Numbered from the stretch's first letter, positions 14,089 through 27,340 are shown. The stretch is 64,000 bases of DNA from Kudoa neothunni (GCA_964304625.1 OZ199840.1:6264776-6328775); one strand, 5' to 3'. A program made the numbers and translations. The notes: generated by a model from the letters alone, not told the origin.

Positions 14089-14602
14089 CAGAGTTGCCAG
14101 CGTGGTTTTAAAAAAACCCCAGGGTCAAGAAAAATGCTAGTTTAAAGTACGAAAAAATAAAATCGTATCTATTAAAGTTTCTGATCATCTTCCAATTCTA
14201 TAATTACGTCTTTAGATATCGAATTTAAATTGATCGTTGTATTATTGTAATTTTTTGGCGCGAACATTCGCTCGTACTTAATATCAAGTATAGATCAATA
14301 TGCTCATAATTAATTATTTCATAGTTCAAAATATATTTTGAAATATTCTAATAATGTGCGGCAGTGTTTACTGAGTAATTATGTAATTGTGTCACGTTAA
14401 ACAATCTAAAGTGCTTTCATTCAATATCGTAAATGTTTAAACTTTGAATAATATAATCTGAATAGGATACGTTATTCAAAATATAAATATTAATGCCGCA
14501 CGTAAAAAAAATGTGTGTTAATATTCAATGTCCCCAGGTTTTCAATAAAAACCCAAGGTGACCATAGAAATCCCAAGGTATCAAGGAAAAACCCAAGCCC
14601 TA
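14089..14602. mobile_element. hAT MITE, inverted paralogue of 9619-10277, right TIR partly deleted
   Basis: Left CAGAGTTGCCAG. TSD GTGGCAAG/GTGGCAAT (7/8). Long reverse-complement similarity to 9650-10250. Confidence 0.8.
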
Positions 14603-15357
14603 GTGGCAATAACCAGTGTTTTAATATTCAGGGATTAATCTAGTCAACGGCAAGCTGGTTTAAAAAATCATTTCAATGAATGGTTTAGAAGACTCATAAA
14701 AATCTAAATTATCCTATCGTTCAAGTTTCAATCGTTTATTAGAAATTCAAAATAGTGCGGAAATCAGGGTTTTTACCTTGTAAACAAAAAGCGTTATTGG
14801 CAGAGCTCCAGATATTATTAGTATTATATAGTAATTTAACTGGTTTGCATTATGTAATATCATCCGAGAACGACCTACATAGGAAATGGAGAAATCAATT
14901 ATTCATTTTTAATTAACTTATACAAAAATATCCAAATTCATGTTATCTACAAAAATACACCAACCTATTGTAATAATTTTCGGGAATTATGAGTTTAAAT
15001 ATCTAAGCTTAAGCATGATATGATTTTGATCAGCACACACTGGAAAAAATAAATAGCAGCCGATTTCGGTTATACCGATATAATGAGCTTCTCAGGTGAA
15101 ACACCAAATTAGGTTAAATTATGGTAAAAGAAAACCTAAGCTTAATTTTATAATCTTACATAAGATACCACTCCCACAAAGTTATGAATTTATGAGCTGA
15201 GAGGCAACACAAACACATTTACGTGTTATAAAATAAACATCGATGTAAATTAAATTGATTATAAATCAATATGTATACAGTGGGCCCACCATCTACGAGT
15301 CAGAGAGTGTAAAAAGTTAGACAGTTATGGCTCCATAAGAAATGTGCTAAAGGGTCA

Positions 15358-16423
15358 TTAGCAAGAACGTTCCATCATGTAGTAGATAGGATGCCACATT
15401 TTCATTCGATCAACCAATCTATTTACAAGCACCTGTACTTTGGGTGTGTATCTACCATTGCGAAGGTTCATAACTCCTACGATGTAATGGTACTTTTGGA
15501 AAAGCTAAAAATAATTTGATAAATGTGTGAGTTCCCAACCTACTTAAACTACTTCTTTGGCCAAGATAATCGCAATAAATACATCAATTGTGAAAAATCG
15601 TTGAGACACATACAAAAGTATTATCGAGATGACGTTGGATGCTACAAAAAATATTCGAATATGCTTGTGTTTGTTGCTCGAATCTATCACAGATTATAAA
15701 ATACACCACAATGACACAAACAAATCACAGTGATAGGTGAATAAAATCATTAACACAATCCAAGCAACTGGCAAGGAAATAATAAAAGTTCCACACACCG
15801 ATGTTTTCAGCATGGTTTCTATTTTAATTCCTTGGAGGGTTTCATTTTTAAACTTGGATTTATACTAAAAAAAGAAAATTATATTCCGTCAAAGTAGAAA
15901 CAATAAATATGTGATAACAAAAATCCCAATAATATCTATCTATATGTATACGTAAGCTAACCACACATACATCTATAACACAATGAGTGTAACCTCTTGG
16001 TATACCAATAGTAGTAGAAATCATAGTTATCAATTTCATGGCGAATATGGCACCAAAAATGCACATCAATCTTTTGAGTAAAATAACGAAATTTTGGTTG
16101 TTGGAGATGATGGGCAAAAAAACCAACGAATTAAACGTTATAAAAACACAGGCAACCTATTACAAAAATCAAATATTACACATATATAACAAATATAACA
16201 AAACACAAAAATATTCAAATACAGTGTAAGCCGCTGGCACTGGTTGAAAAAAATCCAAAAAATGATCTGGCAAAGGATTACTATAGTTATATTCGATAAT
16301 TATTGTGTGTGCTGAAACAAACATCAGAAACTGATTTATAACAGCACTTAAAGCCACAACAATTATACATGCCAAACATTTGAGCATGTCAACTCGGTTG
16401 TAGACCATCGAATCGAATAACAT
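15358..16423 (-). CDS. Sphingomyelin synthase family (PAP2_C) membrane protein lacking catalytic histidines, 5 exons
   Basis: Spliced translation has PLPDHFLD (D1), KRLMCIFGAIFAMKLITMISTTIGIP..HC (D2), CGTFIISLPV (D3 position) and FFTIDVFIAIILAKELFQKYH (D4). Four GT-AG introns, open frame to TAA at 15358. Confidence 0.8.
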
Positions 16424-17229
16424 TTTTAACCGTCGCTAATAATGTAGGTAGTCTGTTTGGCGAGTTGTAAATAAAGCGATGTAATTAAAAATGTGTAAAT
16501 GAGATTCGTTGGATATATTTTTATAAAACGACGACCACAGGAGCTTCTCTAAACTTTAATTCATCGCCAATGATCGGAAGTATACGTAATTATTTAATCC
16601 TTTGATAAATCAAATTAACTTGTTACTTTGAAAATAAATTCTAATAACATTGTTGGTGTAAATTTGATATATGCTATGAGCATTGTTCGGAGAATCATGG
16701 TAGTGATTAAACGATAAAGTTTTCACTATAATAAGGATTTAAATGTAGCAATACTGATTAATTAATGAATTGTTTAATATAATATCTAAAATTATTATCG
16801 TAAAAAAAGGTACATTTTTCTGTTATAAATCTTTATTTTTTCCTATAACATATATAATTATATTACATTCCCATGACAGTTATATTAATGATAGTTTATA
16901 TGGAATGAAGCTAAAAACCTGAATTAATTACAAACTATGATTTACAACATAATTCATTAATTCAGGACATACTTCCAATCGGGAAGATTTTTTGTGACAT
17001 TTCGGCTTTGGTTAAAATAGAATTTGAGGGTAGGAATAAAAAAATAATGTCATATATTTTTTAATGGAATGTTTCAATTATATGGAGAATGATTGAAAAA
17101 GAAATAGTTATTTGACTGAAATCTTAGTGCATTTGGTGGCTTACAAATATTTTCACAAAAAAGAATAAACTTATCGACTTAGAGAATGACAATTAAATTG
17201 TTAAAAATAAAAGGTTTTATGTATATTTA

Positions 17230-18263
17230 CAGTCAAATCCCCTTTATCCAAAAATGATGGGATGTGACATATTCCTTTTGGATACTGAAATTTCGGTTAA
17301 ACGAAGTTAGGCATGTGTGCGAGGGGAAAATTGCAGGTTGGCTACATATTTTATTTTCCATTAGTCAACTTTTGTTTTATATTTATAAAGAAAATTCTTA
17401 CTATATATAAGTTATAATAATGAATCAGATGTGAAAACATTATTTTAAAATATAGTACTTCTAGAATCCAGATCCAACGTAGTTTGCGCATGCACGCTAC
17501 AGATATTGGAGACCTTAACACCACTGCGCCATATTAGAAAGATATATTCTAGATTATAAAAAATTGGCTATTTTTTTATAATTTCTTCCATATTTGGATA
17601 TTGTTAGCTGTACTAATAATATCGGTGAGAATAATCACAGTAACAATGAGAAATATTTTCTCAGAGTTCTCCATAACTATATGAAGAGATTCCTCTTTAA
17701 TTAAGATATGTCTTAATCCAACAATTTAATATTGATTAATGATTGTTATGACTTAATAGGAATTAAAGATGGAGGTGTTATGGGAAAAAACAAATGGGTG
17801 AACAAACATTGTTTAATTAGACCAATTCCGTGGATAACATAGTCTCATGAAGTTATTGCTGATTTGTGATTAAACAATCACATAAACTCCATTTTTTATA
17901 TTATATTACTCATGAAACGTTCTCTGGGAATTTGTCTTTACCCAACATTATCTGTTCATCATCAATAGGGTTGCATTTTGAACATAACATACTATATTGT
18001 CTATGTCACGTTGTTTATTTTAACCAAACATAAACTTTAATTGAATGAATAAATAAATAACGAACATATGTATCATAAACATAAATGTAGGTGCCATATT
18101 AACCAGGCATTAATCCAGATTTCAAGGCTCTTTTATCCGAAAATTCAGGCAAAAAATTGTTTCGGTTAAACACAATTTTTGTATTTAGGATCTACATCAT
18201 TTTCAAATAAATTTTAAAAAATCGTTCGCATAGAGCCATTTTCGGATAAACTGGGTTCGACTG
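17230..18263. mobile_element. pogo/Tigger-type non-autonomous element
   Basis: TA|CAGTCAAATCCCCTTTATCC... and ...GGATAAACTGGGTTCGACTG|TA. TIR type related to 33181-33831. Confidence 0.75.
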
Positions 18264-18274
18264 TATCACTTACA

Positions 18275-19017
18275 CAATGGGTGACGGGTGGTTCGTAATC
18301 CCATTGGGACCAGGAAAAAATTATGAACCACATGTATTGTATATTGTACGTGCGGTTCGGTATTTCTAAGGTTGCGCGCTTGATATTATGGAGGAAGAAA
18401 CGTCGCAAATCAGCTATAATAAATTATTTTGAACAACATTACTCAGTTATAGTAATTTTTTAAGTTTTCTGACAATATAATTGTCAGAACTTCTCGTTCA
18501 ATATCTGTTTGATGTTTATAACTGTTGAAATCATGATGTTTCAAGTAATGTCTTAAAGCAGACAAATGAAAGAGACAATTTTGAATGGAATAATTTTTCT
18601 TTCTTCGTTGTCGTCAAATTTATGCCAATTTTCATCTCTGTGACAGTTACTATCATTTAAAAATTTACTACTATTGGCGTCACTTTCAATATTGTTTCCG
18701 CTCCGTGTCCTCATTGGTTCTGGAAAAACTTTATTAATTCATATTTCTCTGTTAATGTCCTAACTCAATTTTAATTTCTGTCCTTATTTCGATATCAATT
18801 GAAAACAAAAATCTCAACGCACCTGAAAAGTTACGAACCACACGTCACTACAAAATAATCCATAATTAACACAGTTAATTTAAAAATATTTTATTTATAT
18901 TTTTAATGAACAAATAAATATTTTTGAATAATTTGAGAAATAAATAATTTATTATAATCTTTTTTGTACGCTAATTTTGTAACATTTCTCAAATTACGAA
19001 CTACATGTCACCCACTG
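18275..19017. mobile_element. Tc1/mariner non-autonomous element with an internal repeat of the TIR motif
   Basis: CAATGGGTGACGGGTGGTTCGTAAT versus reverse complement of ATTACGAACTACATGTCACCCACTG|TA. Extra TTACGAACCACACGTCAC at about 18830. Confidence 0.7.
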
Positions 19018-19442
19018 TATTTAGATATGTAAGACGTTATATTATTGATTTTGTCTGAAGTATAAGACATTTTGGAAATATGACCTATTAGCGTTTTCCA
19101 TTTTCGTGCGAGAAATAATATGACTTGGTCTTAATTTTAACGAAGCATGGTAAAATTTTGAGATAAAATTAATTTAATAGCGAGACAACAAAAATTAGGT
19201 TTATTTATCAAATTAATTTACAATAATTTCTAGGAAAAGAACTGTTACACCAGAAATCACCTAATCCTCTTAACCAACTAGCACGTACCCTCCTGAGCTT
19301 AAGACCAAAACGATCCTAAATTTTTAGGATAGTTTTAAACTTAAAAAGTATTTTTCGTTAAGATTTCTAATAACCATTATTCTATAGAATACCACTTAAT
19401 ATAAAACGAGAATAAATTTATCCTTAAAAACAACCCTTGATA

Positions 19443-20087
19443 ATCATGGTCCAGTATGATGAATTTTAGCCGACGAGCGCACGCGCATCAAGTTTAATGC
19501 TCGACAAAATACTCATTATGTAAACTATTGAAAACCTCAAGAAATAATGACATGAGTTTCTATGAAGATAATCTTTATAAAAAATATTTTTATCGATTTC
19601 AAAATAATGACCTATGCTGTTTTTAAAAAAGCAACAAAATTGAAGATTTAATTTTACATCTTAAATTCCGGTCAAATATTCTTCAAAAAACTACGAAAAA
19701 TTGGATTTATATAGTCAATAGAAAGGTTTTGCCGAATTTTTATAGTTGTCAGTAAACTCATTTGCTTCTATATCAACGAACTTCGTTGAAGACAAGTACA
19801 TAAAACATTGAAAGAAGGGAAACGAGTTCAGGGATATTAATCTGTCTTCATATTTTCAATATTTTTAACGAACTACCTAGAAGGAATCAATTAACCAACT
19901 GAATCTTGCAATGTACATTTAGAGTCATGAACGATATTCCGTTCATTTCAAACCTTGCTGAGGGTTACAATCAACATTTCTAATATAAATTAAACTAACG
20001 TTATTCTGAATTAGCCACTTTATCTGGAAAATTGAAAGAAAATTTAGTGCACGAGCCTGTTGGCGAAAATTCGCCGTAGGTCATGAT
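19443..20087 (+). mobile_element. Internally deleted MULE remnant
   Basis: Degenerate ~50-bp inverted ends (ATCATG...GAATTTT.GCC) around MULE-like peptide traces (GQIFFKKLRKIG; SNLAEGYNQHF). Confidence 0.45.
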
Positions 20088-20869
20088 CCCACCTGAGGAC
20101 AAAGTACGTGTGGTAAATCTTAAATTATGTCACTTTTAGTCAAAACTTCATGTAAATCTCCAAAAACTCATTTTCAGATGAGGAATATATTTTAATTAAA
20201 AAAATGTATAAGAATTAAATCCTTCTTTGAGCCTTTCGGATTTGGTATTAAGTATTTTGTTTATTATTAGCAACAATTCATCCTCTCAAAACACCGAATA
20301 CTAATATGGATCCATTCGAAACGTCAGAAGAGCCTCTCTCCCTAGAAAATGAAAGTAATTCTTAATTTGAATTTAACAAATATTTGGATGATTCCTGTAA
20401 ATCTGGCATAAAATATGACACCGATGTAACCGTAGGTGTCGTTTTTTATGACAAAAATACGTAAATCTTGTAATATGCATTTAAATTTACTTCCACTGGT
20501 ACCTAAACGCCAAATCAGTTAAGCAAGTTAAAAGAATATGAAGATCCTCATATTTAAAAATAACTCTGCCTCCTAATACTAAAGAATAGTTTGGTCATCT
20601 CATCTAATACCTGAATTCTAGAAGAAAAATTTGTAATACAATGAGAAATCAATGTCACGTCCAATTTCACGTAACCGCGCACAATTCTTTCAAAAAAATG
20701 GTCTTTAATATTGTTTAAATTGCTTTTAAAACGTCCAGTTAGCTACATATTAATGTTTAAATGATACTTTAAACTCTAGAAACGTATGCACAGCAAAAAC
20801 CTATTTTTCAACAATCCATTAAATACTCCCCTAGTTGCTATTGGTAGAATAAGACAGTTTGGTCTACAA

Positions 20870-23800
20870 CAGGGTTTCCCAACCGGGGATAAATTGTTGA
20901 ACATCATAATTGAATATAAAAATTTCATGTATAGTAAAACCGATTCCTTTCGCCAATGAAACGAATTTTACCAAATTTATTTTTATTTAATAAGCACCGT
21001 ACGAGGTATTATTGCACATTCACAGTAAACATAATTTTAGCCACATGATCATTACCAACTCAAATCTGAGTCAATTTTGTCATGTCGAAGAAACGTACGT
21101 ATCTGGAGCTGGATTCGTATATACAGTATGGGTTTGATCTAATTGTTCTGGATGGGGTCGAGAAACCTCAATATGTTTTGTGCCCAAAGATCCTTAAAAC
21201 CGGTTCCACGAAACCTTCGATTCTAAAGCAGCACCTAGAATCCGTATATCCTACTAATGCATCTGATGACCGAACTAAACTTGAGGTAAGGAGGAATAGA
21301 TTTAGAACCGCGAGGACATTGCTAAAATTTTGTTTCATTCCAAAGAAAAAATCAATGCTTGCAGCGTCCTATTACGTTACACAACGTATAGCGAAAGCAA
21401 CGAAGCCTCACGACATTGGTGAGAATCTTATTAAACCATGTGTCCTCGTTATGGTGAAACTGGCATGCGGTGAAGAAACACGGATGAAAATTCGAGCCAC
21501 CTCGTTCTCTAATAATATAATTCAACGATGAATTTGTGAAATGTACCAAGATATTTGTGACCAAATTGTTGGAGAAATCAAATCTAGCATAGCGAAAATT
21601 TGATTGTAACTGGATGAATCCTGTAATGTATCAAATTTTCCACAACTTATTGTTTTTATCAGATACATAAGTGGAAATGTTTAAAAAAATGAATTTTTAT
21701 TCTGTGATAATTTGGAAAAGACCACGAAAACTGCTGATGTAATGTAAAAAATACAAGATTTCTTTGAAAGGCACAGTCCTACCTAGGAAATGTTTGGGCC
21801 AATCTGTACTGACGGAGCTTCAGCTACGGTGGGAGTAAGATCAGGTTTCACCGCTCTGGTTAAACAACAAACATCAAATGTGATAACGACACATTTTGTT
21901 CTTCACATATACGCTTTAGCTTCAAAAATCCTCCCTAAAAACCTAAAAATTGTTATGGACAAAGTTCTCGAGACTGTGAATCTCATTCGAGGCAGAGCCA
22001 CGAATCACCGCTAGTTTAAAGCTTTTTGTGAGGAGATGGGATCTGAACATATCGTTCTTTTACTCCATACTGAAGTACGATGGCTCTCAAGACGAATGGT
22101 TATTAATCGCGTTTTGGAGCTTCGTACTGAATTTGAAACTTTTCTTCGCGAGCACGATTCAGACATTTGTGAGGACTTCGCTGATCCTGAGTTCATCGCC
22201 CGTCTAGCTTACCTTTCAGATATATTTCATCATCTCAATCAAATTAATAAGTAGCTTCAAGGAAAAGCAGTAGCTATTGTGGAGGCATGCAAGATTATAA
22301 CAGCTTTACATACAAAACTAGATTTATGAGCACGTAGGGTTCTACAAAATAACTTAACAAATTTTCCAAACTTAGATGAATTCAAAAATAACAAATCTGT
22401 TTCAATTACTCTGGTTAATGAAGAAATCGCCGAGCATTTAGAAATTTTGAAGAATCAATTTAATGGCTACTTTTCCAAAGATATGATTCCGACCGGTAAA
22501 TGGATTTTGAGACCATTTTCCACTTCATTACCAGAAATAGACGATAATGATACTTCAAAAGACGAACCGATTGATCTTCAATCTTCTTCTATCCTCATAA
22601 ATGAATTTGAGAGGGTCGGTGTAAATTTTCGGCGGAATCTTTCAGATTCGTTTCCTCTTCTCACCAAACGTGCCTTCCAAGTGCTCGTTCCCTTCGTGTC
22701 TACTTCCCTTTGTGAATCAGGATTTTCAACACTGGTAACAGTGAAAACAAAGGCCAGGAATCGCTTGAGCATTAATGATGATATGAGAGTAGCATTGTCA
22801 TCAACAAGCCCGGGAACAGACGAACTAATTGTTTCAATGAATGAACAGTGTTCTCACTAAAAGTGTTCTTTGTCTACATGTATTTTTTAGTGTCTGAACA
22901 TGTTACCAAAAAAAAAGTCGCTTCTACTTTTATTCTTCAATTATATTGATATATTCAGTGTGGAAATAATATAAAATTTCTTTTCTCATGGTCTCATTTG
23001 TGTTTGTATCATATGGACACTTAAGCTCTTCATTACATTTCTACACTGAACACATTCTAATTTTTATGATGGTTACACATTAAACTTAACTTATTCCAGG
23101 GTTATATCTTAGAAAATACAAATTTTTGAATAAAAGTTGAGTTTAAATATGAAATCAATTTTTGATGTCCAAAAAGAATATTTAAATTTAAAAAAATTAT
23201 ATTGGCATTAATATTTGAAATTTTGGATGGTAAAGGAGATAATTTCACCTAAAAATTAGACAGGTTAAAGTAAATGAGATTTAATAATTTAAAGTAATTT
23301 TCTATTTTGCAATTTGGTCGCTAATAAATTGGCAGTAAAGAAACAGTGAATTTGCATCGAAAATCTCAACTTTATGTATCTAAAAATCTTTTTTATTTTT
23401 TAAGCCATCAAATAATTTTGTCGCTTATTTAATTATTTAATTAAAACGTTTTAAAACTTATTCTTAAAGACAAAATGAAACTTTGTGTGTTTCATTATTT
23501 TGACCGATATATATCCAATATATTACTACGTAATATTGAGTTTTTGTCCCAGAAATCTTTCTAAAATAAATACGAAGATTTTTTCAACAAAATATTTACT
23601 TGGAATATATTTGTTTTCAACATCAATAAGAATAATTGTTTTGATTAAATTAAACAAAATTTGATATTATGTATTAACAAAAGGTAATATATCGGTTTTA
23701 ATCGTTATTGGCGCCACAAAAACAAAAAAGTTCAAAAATTTTTACCAAGACGAATATTTTTTTTATATTTTAAAATTAAAAACCTTATCGTTATTATAAT

Positions 23801-23930
23801 TATTAAGATATATTTATAAAAAATAATTATTCATTAACAAGATATTTGGTGCTATTTAGTATATTAAAATGGAACATTCACTCGTTATCGGTTAAGGGGG
23901 TAAATGGTGCGAAATCGGTTGGGATCCCTG
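20870..23930 (+). mobile_element. hAT Buster/Charlie-type transposon (~3.06 kb)
   Basis: TIRs CAGGGTTTCCCAACC / GGTTGGGATCCCTG enclose a ZBED5/SCAND3-like transposase. Confidence 0.85.
21082..22860 (+). pseudogene. Buster/ZBED5/SCAND3-like hAT transposase with premature stops
   Basis: MSKKRTY..SYIQYGF, KPHDIGENLIKP, LDES, CTDGA, HTEVRWLSR, LAYLSDIF and PFVSTSLCESGFS motifs. Confidence 0.9.
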
Positions 23931-24651
23931 AATTATGGAAAAAACTACAACGGGATATTAAACTGTAAGTTTGTTTGTTAATCATTACGATGAAAATAAG
24001 CAATTTAGACAAAGTTTTATGTTTTTGTCCAAATTTAGTTAAATAAATTCATTATAGGTATATATTTTTCATTAAAATAACATGTAGATTGATATTGTTA
24101 TAATGTGGGAAACAAAGGTTTAAAAAATCCGATGTTAGATATCTCCCATTATTAATTGCATATCTCTTAAATTTAGCTATAGAGAGCCACTAAAAAAATT
24201 TATAGACTAAAACATCATTACTGATTATTGAAAACGATGTTTAATTGTAAATGATAGATATTAACCCTCCCTGTCCGAAGTGGGGTCCATTAGGAACCAC
24301 GCTTACATTATTTTTCGTGTTACTCTATAATTAAGCTATTGATTTCTTAGATGTTTTAGGAATGCCTCTATAAGGTTGAAATGTTTGTATAAAAACTATA
24401 ATTTTTTTTCTAATTTAAAAAATACGCCTTAGAGGTCATATTTATTTCGTTGTCTGAATATTTACTCCTATAGATTTTCAATAATAATGGTTTATTATGT
24501 ACATATTAATTTATTTACTTAATTATGTTTAATTTATTTTAAAGTCATATATATGTAATGTTCATATATACTTCGACTTAATCGGAGATTAACGGAAACT
24601 AATTCCAAACGCGCTTAGTTGGTAATCCTTCGTTTCTATCAGGAATTTGTG

Positions 24652-25615
24652 GGTTAAAGTTCAGTTCCTCCCCCGTTGGCGTCCGCTGGTTACCTGCCAT
24701 CGGTACTAATCGGGGCACGTTTCATAACATATAAACCCAATAAAATCTAGTTTACTTTAGTTAGACGTAATTAAATAAAATATATCGATTAAAAAATATA
24801 ATATGTATTATTTTAAATGTTATTAAAAAATAATAAAATAAGGTGTCAATTTATGTGCATAAGAATATAATATGATAAAAGTTAGTATACGTTTTTATCA
24901 TTAAACTTGAGAATTTTATATAAACGAATATTTTGGATAGTATTATAGATATTATTTATTAATTATAGATTTTATTTGTTATTTTTTAAAATAAATGATA
25001 GATATTTTTTATATTTTACAACATGTTCTTTCTAAAAAAATGTATAAACTAAAACAATATGTCGACTCATGATATTTGTATCCTAATGAGACTATGTTAA
25101 TGTAAAATAATCTCTTTTAACTTAATTTTCGGAAGATTTTGTTATTTTATACAAAAACATTAGTTATTTGATAAATATATATATATATATATAATCATTC
25201 TAAAAAATAATAGGTTAACACTTACCACTAACTAAAATAAACTTAACAATGCCGTAATTTATTAAAGATATTTATTCATCGACGATTGAAAAAGACATAA
25301 TTATATAGATTTTTACAATAAACAAAATCTACAAAATATAAATATGTTTAATTGTTCCTTGGAGAAAATTTAGCTTGATCTCCACAGGAACAAACCATTG
25401 ATGTTGGTAGCAAATCAAGTTGCTGGAAAAAAATAATTAAATCTTCAGGATGATCCTTGAAGTAACATAAGTCTTCAAAATTTAGGTTATCTAAATTTTC
25501 GTAATTGAAGATTGCAGGAAGCATACTCCAGAAAATGTAAACAGCCGGAACCCCGATTAGTACCGATGGCGGGTAACCGGCGGACGCCGAAGGGGGGAGG
25601 AACTGAACTTTAACC
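24652..25615 (-). mobile_element. Internally deleted Merlin-like element with ~65-bp GC-rich TIRs and 9-bp TSD, nested in piggyBac
   Basis: TIRs GGTTAAAGTTCAGTTCCTCCCCC...CGGGG. TSD GAATTTGTG at 24643-24651 and 25616-25624. Internal peptide LIIFFQQLDLLPTSMVCSCG resembles an ISXO2 transposase N-terminus. Confidence 0.8.
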
Positions 25616-25687
25616 GAATTTGTGTTTACTAAAAACAAAGTTGTGATTTTTGTGGCATTAAGTAAGTGGTAGCCTTTAATTTATGGT

Positions 25688-27340
25688 ATGAGTTTAGAAA
25701 ATGCATGCAAAGATATAGAAAAACTCATTGAAGATAATCCAATTGTAGATCAGGAAGATAGTTCTGAATATGAGATATCTGAGTCTGATGTATCTCGTAG
25801 TGATGATTATGTTACAGATGCTTTTGATGATGAGAACAGTGAAATGTCAGCTGATAATGAATTATGTCTCACGAACCATGACTCAGATTCTGTGCTGGTT
25901 GCTAGATCAGGTGTGGAGTGGAGTTTAAGTCGCACTCACACCAAAACTCGCACACATAACCATGTCACATCTCCATCGGGCATTCTTGATAGAACAAATA
26001 ATATTAAAACTATTCTTGAAGCTTTTGAATTGTTTATTTCTCAGGATATAATTGATGAAGTTGTTAAATATACGAATAATCATTGCGTTGAAACTGATGG
26101 AACGAGTCATAAAGCGATACACGCTAATGAAATCAAAGCTTTTATTGGAATCTTAATTGCGTCAGGGCGGTCCAGTGGTAGAACGTTGTCTTTTCGAAAT
26201 CTTTGGACACAAATCCTCTATTTAAACAATTTTATTTTTCATCGGTCATGTCAAAAGATAAATTTACATATATTTATCGAAAATACGTTTCGATGATAAG
26301 TCGACAAGAGCTGAGCGATGATAAATTTGAACCTATTCGCTCCACTTTCAATTTATTTAATGCCAATCGTTTAAAATACTATTCACCGGGGTCACATATA
26401 ACTGTCGACGAGCGGTTAGTTCGATTTAGAGGTAAGTGCCCCTTTCGTATGTACATCAAAAGTAAGCGGGGGCGATACGGCATTAACCTTTGGGTGGCGG
26501 CTGATGTCGAAACCTCCTATCTACTAAAAATTCAACCCTACACTGGAAAAAACACAGTAATCGTGAAGTAACTCAAACAGAACGAGTGGTTACTGGATTA
26601 ATAACTCCTTTCTACGGATCTAGTAGAGGGGTTACCGTAGACAACTTTTTCACCTCTCTACCGTTAGCTTCTAAACTGCCCGACAATAACATCACATTGA
26701 CGGGAACAATTAGGGCAAATAAACGGGGCATTCCACGTTGGTCTCTTATGTGCCAAAGAAAGGTTACGCTGTTAATTTACTATCGACCGAACATCATGAT
26801 GCATTATTATAAAGCAATGAAAGAAAACGCCCCATGATGATTCTCCACTATAACAAGACCAAGGGTGGTGTTGATAACGCAGATAAAATGACATAGTCAT
26901 ATTCTTCCGCAAGACCCACTCGTAGATGGCCTTTAAAAATTTTTATGGACGTCATTGATATGGCGGCCTTAAATGCCTACGTCATTTGGACCACTAAATA
27001 TCCGGACTGGAAAATAAATGACAGAAGTCGGCCTCTGCATTTTTTGAAACAACTAGCTGAAGAGCTTGCAAAAGATAATGTTGCTTCTCCCCAAACAAAT
27101 TCCAAAAGTTTGCCAATATTTATTAGACAGGAGTTTATTTTATTTGATAATGATGAGCCCGATAGAATTAATTCGATAAATGAAAAGAATTTGATCAAAA
27201 AATCTCAACCTTACAGGTGTTATAGTGTCCTAGAACTAAAGATAGGAAAAGTTATATCCCCTGTTTTTCTTGCGAGAAATTTGTTTGTAAAAATCACAGA
27301 CGCCAGAAGAAAGTAATTTATTGTAGTGATTATTATAGCT
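25688..27340 (+). pseudogene. piggyBac (PGBD4-like) transposase, frameshifted
   Basis: Acidic N-terminus. Catalytic motifs ITVDERLVRFRG, VTVDNFFTS and YNKTKGGVDNAD. Cys-rich C-terminal remnant. Confidence 0.9.

Noticed and set aside
14040-14100. CTGATGA...GAAA hammerhead-ribozyme-like core
   Set aside because: Stem II does not pair, there is no NUH cleavage triplet, and the 3' part is a TSD plus TIR
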